The notes under the pieces are model-generated. The model was not told the DNA's origin, did not search any database, and saw nothing but the letters and a program-made list of their open reading frames with translations. Made by a program: the position numbers and the translations under genes. Below are positions 63,047 to 64,000 of a stretch of 64,000 nt of DNA, in pieces; positions within the stretch are counted from its first letter, which is position 1, and the number at the start of each line of letters is the position of its first letter. This stretch comes from a phage, in the NCBI GenBank assembly GCA_036253495.1, contig GCA_036253495.1_4125.1. One strand, written 5' to 3'.

Positions 63047-63381
63047 TGGAGTACTTTATCAGTTTACTACCGTGGTACTTGAAAGTAAGTACAATTTACT
63101 ACATCATTTCCGCTGGGTTTTATTTCTTGATGTGGTTCTTTAAACGTCCAATCAGTGAATTCATCGATAATAATCTGTTGGATGTTAAACTTCACTGCTG
63201 GTTTTGGACATCGACTGTGATGCCATTCATCCATTACGGAATTATCAGTACTGGTAACCGTTCTAATGGTGAAATCATTTCCTTTGGTTTTTACTGGATA
63301 TCGACTATTGTTTACATTGGTGTGCTTTTGTATCCATTTGTAGTTAAACTACGAAACTCTATCCCAGATCACAGGAAATAA
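63046..63381 (+). CDS. small multi-TM membrane protein (tandem paralog array)
   Basis: TAATG overlap; WFFKRPISE motif. Confidence 0.5.
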   Translation: MEYFISLLPWYLKVSTIYYIISAGFYFLMWFFKRPISEFIDNNLLDVKLHCWFWTSTVMPFIHYGIISTGNRSNGEIISFGFYWISTIVYIGVLLYPFVVKLRNSIPDHRK

Positions 63382-63382
63382 T

Positions 63383-63703
63383 ATGAAGATTGAATTGATT
63401 CTTTTCACAGTAAGTGCATTCTACTTTTGGGTTTGCTGGATTGGTTTTCTCTTTGCACTAAAACCATTTGACTTCTATGCAAAGCAGTGTAAAAATGCTG
63501 CTGTTGGTAATGTAGCTTTTACATTGCTTAGTACATTATGGGTAGTACTGCTTATATTCAATCCACCTGATAATGATTTGGAAATGTCATTGTGTACATT
63601 ATTTGCAGTCCTGTGTGTATTCGCAGCATTCTGTAGTTATATTGGAAAGTTATGTTCTTTGGTATCAAATTTCCATCGTAAACAAAAAGATAAGAGGGTA
63701 TAA
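63383..63703 (+). CDS. small multi-TM membrane protein
   Basis: ATG 63383; hydrophobic helices. Confidence 0.5.
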   Translation: MKIELILFTVSAFYFWVCWIGFLFALKPFDFYAKQCKNAAVGNVAFTLLSTLWVVLLIFNPPDNDLEMSLCTLFAVLCVFAAFCSYIGKLCSLVSNFHRKQKDKRV

Positions 63704-64000
63704 TGTACACAACAATATATGTTATTCTTAATATCCTAATTGCATTTCTAACAATAGGTGCATTACTATACATTGGAAAGTTCTTTTGTGTAAAGTTCGT
63801 CGAAGATGTGTATGATGATATTGAATCCGACTACGAATCTAAGTGCTTCTTCCATGTTGGATATATCATTTGCTTAGTAACCACTATCCTCACATGGATT
63901 GTATACGTATTCGGGATTGGAATCACTTCAATTGGTGAACCAGTACTGTGCATTATTGGATTAGTGTTTTCTTCAATGTTCGGGTTATTGTTCATGATTA
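63703..64000 (+). CDS. small membrane protein, 3' end truncated by window edge
   Basis: TAATG overlap; ORF runs to window end. Confidence 0.45.
   Translation, partial: MYTTIYVILNILIAFLTIGALLYIGKFFCVKFVEDVYDDIESDYESKCFFHVGYIICLVTTILTWIVYVFGIGITSIGEPVLCIIGLVFSSMFGLLFMI

Overview
This window reads as a densely packed early/accessory region of a T4-like (Tevenvirinae/Straboviridae-type) myovirus, AT-rich (roughly 65% AT by eye), with about 150 mostly small genes, almost all on the + strand. The T4-like call rests on a clear endonuclease V (DenV) homolog at 58999..59436, a tRNA-Gly closely resembling the T4 tRNA-Gly as I recall it, a DexA-like exonuclease, and repeated early-promoter/stem-loop cassettes. 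Genes are often joined by ATGA/TAATG start-stop overlaps, and the only convincing minus-strand gene is 35714..36871. Recognisable genes: a DNA C5-cytosine methyltransferase split by a LAGLIDADG intein in its catalytic motif, a sigma-70 family protein, a PTH2 peptidyl-tRNA hydrolase, a NADAR domain protein, a DEDDh exonuclease, two endonuclease candidates, a P-loop NTPase and a kinase-like mini-ORF. RNA genes: five canonical tRNAs (Gly-UCC, Ser-GCU, Met/Ile-CAU, Asn-GUU, Thr-UGU) plus two non-canonical tRNA-like elements. The most unusual content is a family of at least 23 small paralogous proteins with a shared C-terminal E-E-E-[YF]-F-Q-x-S-L module, two further mini-families, eight terminator-promoter composite cassettes, a roughly 520 bp GC-richer non-coding island, and a strong excess of the palindrome CAGTACTG. 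All calls come from reading the sequence and ORF track; no database search was run, so functions are motif-level inferences and most ORFs stay hypothetical.
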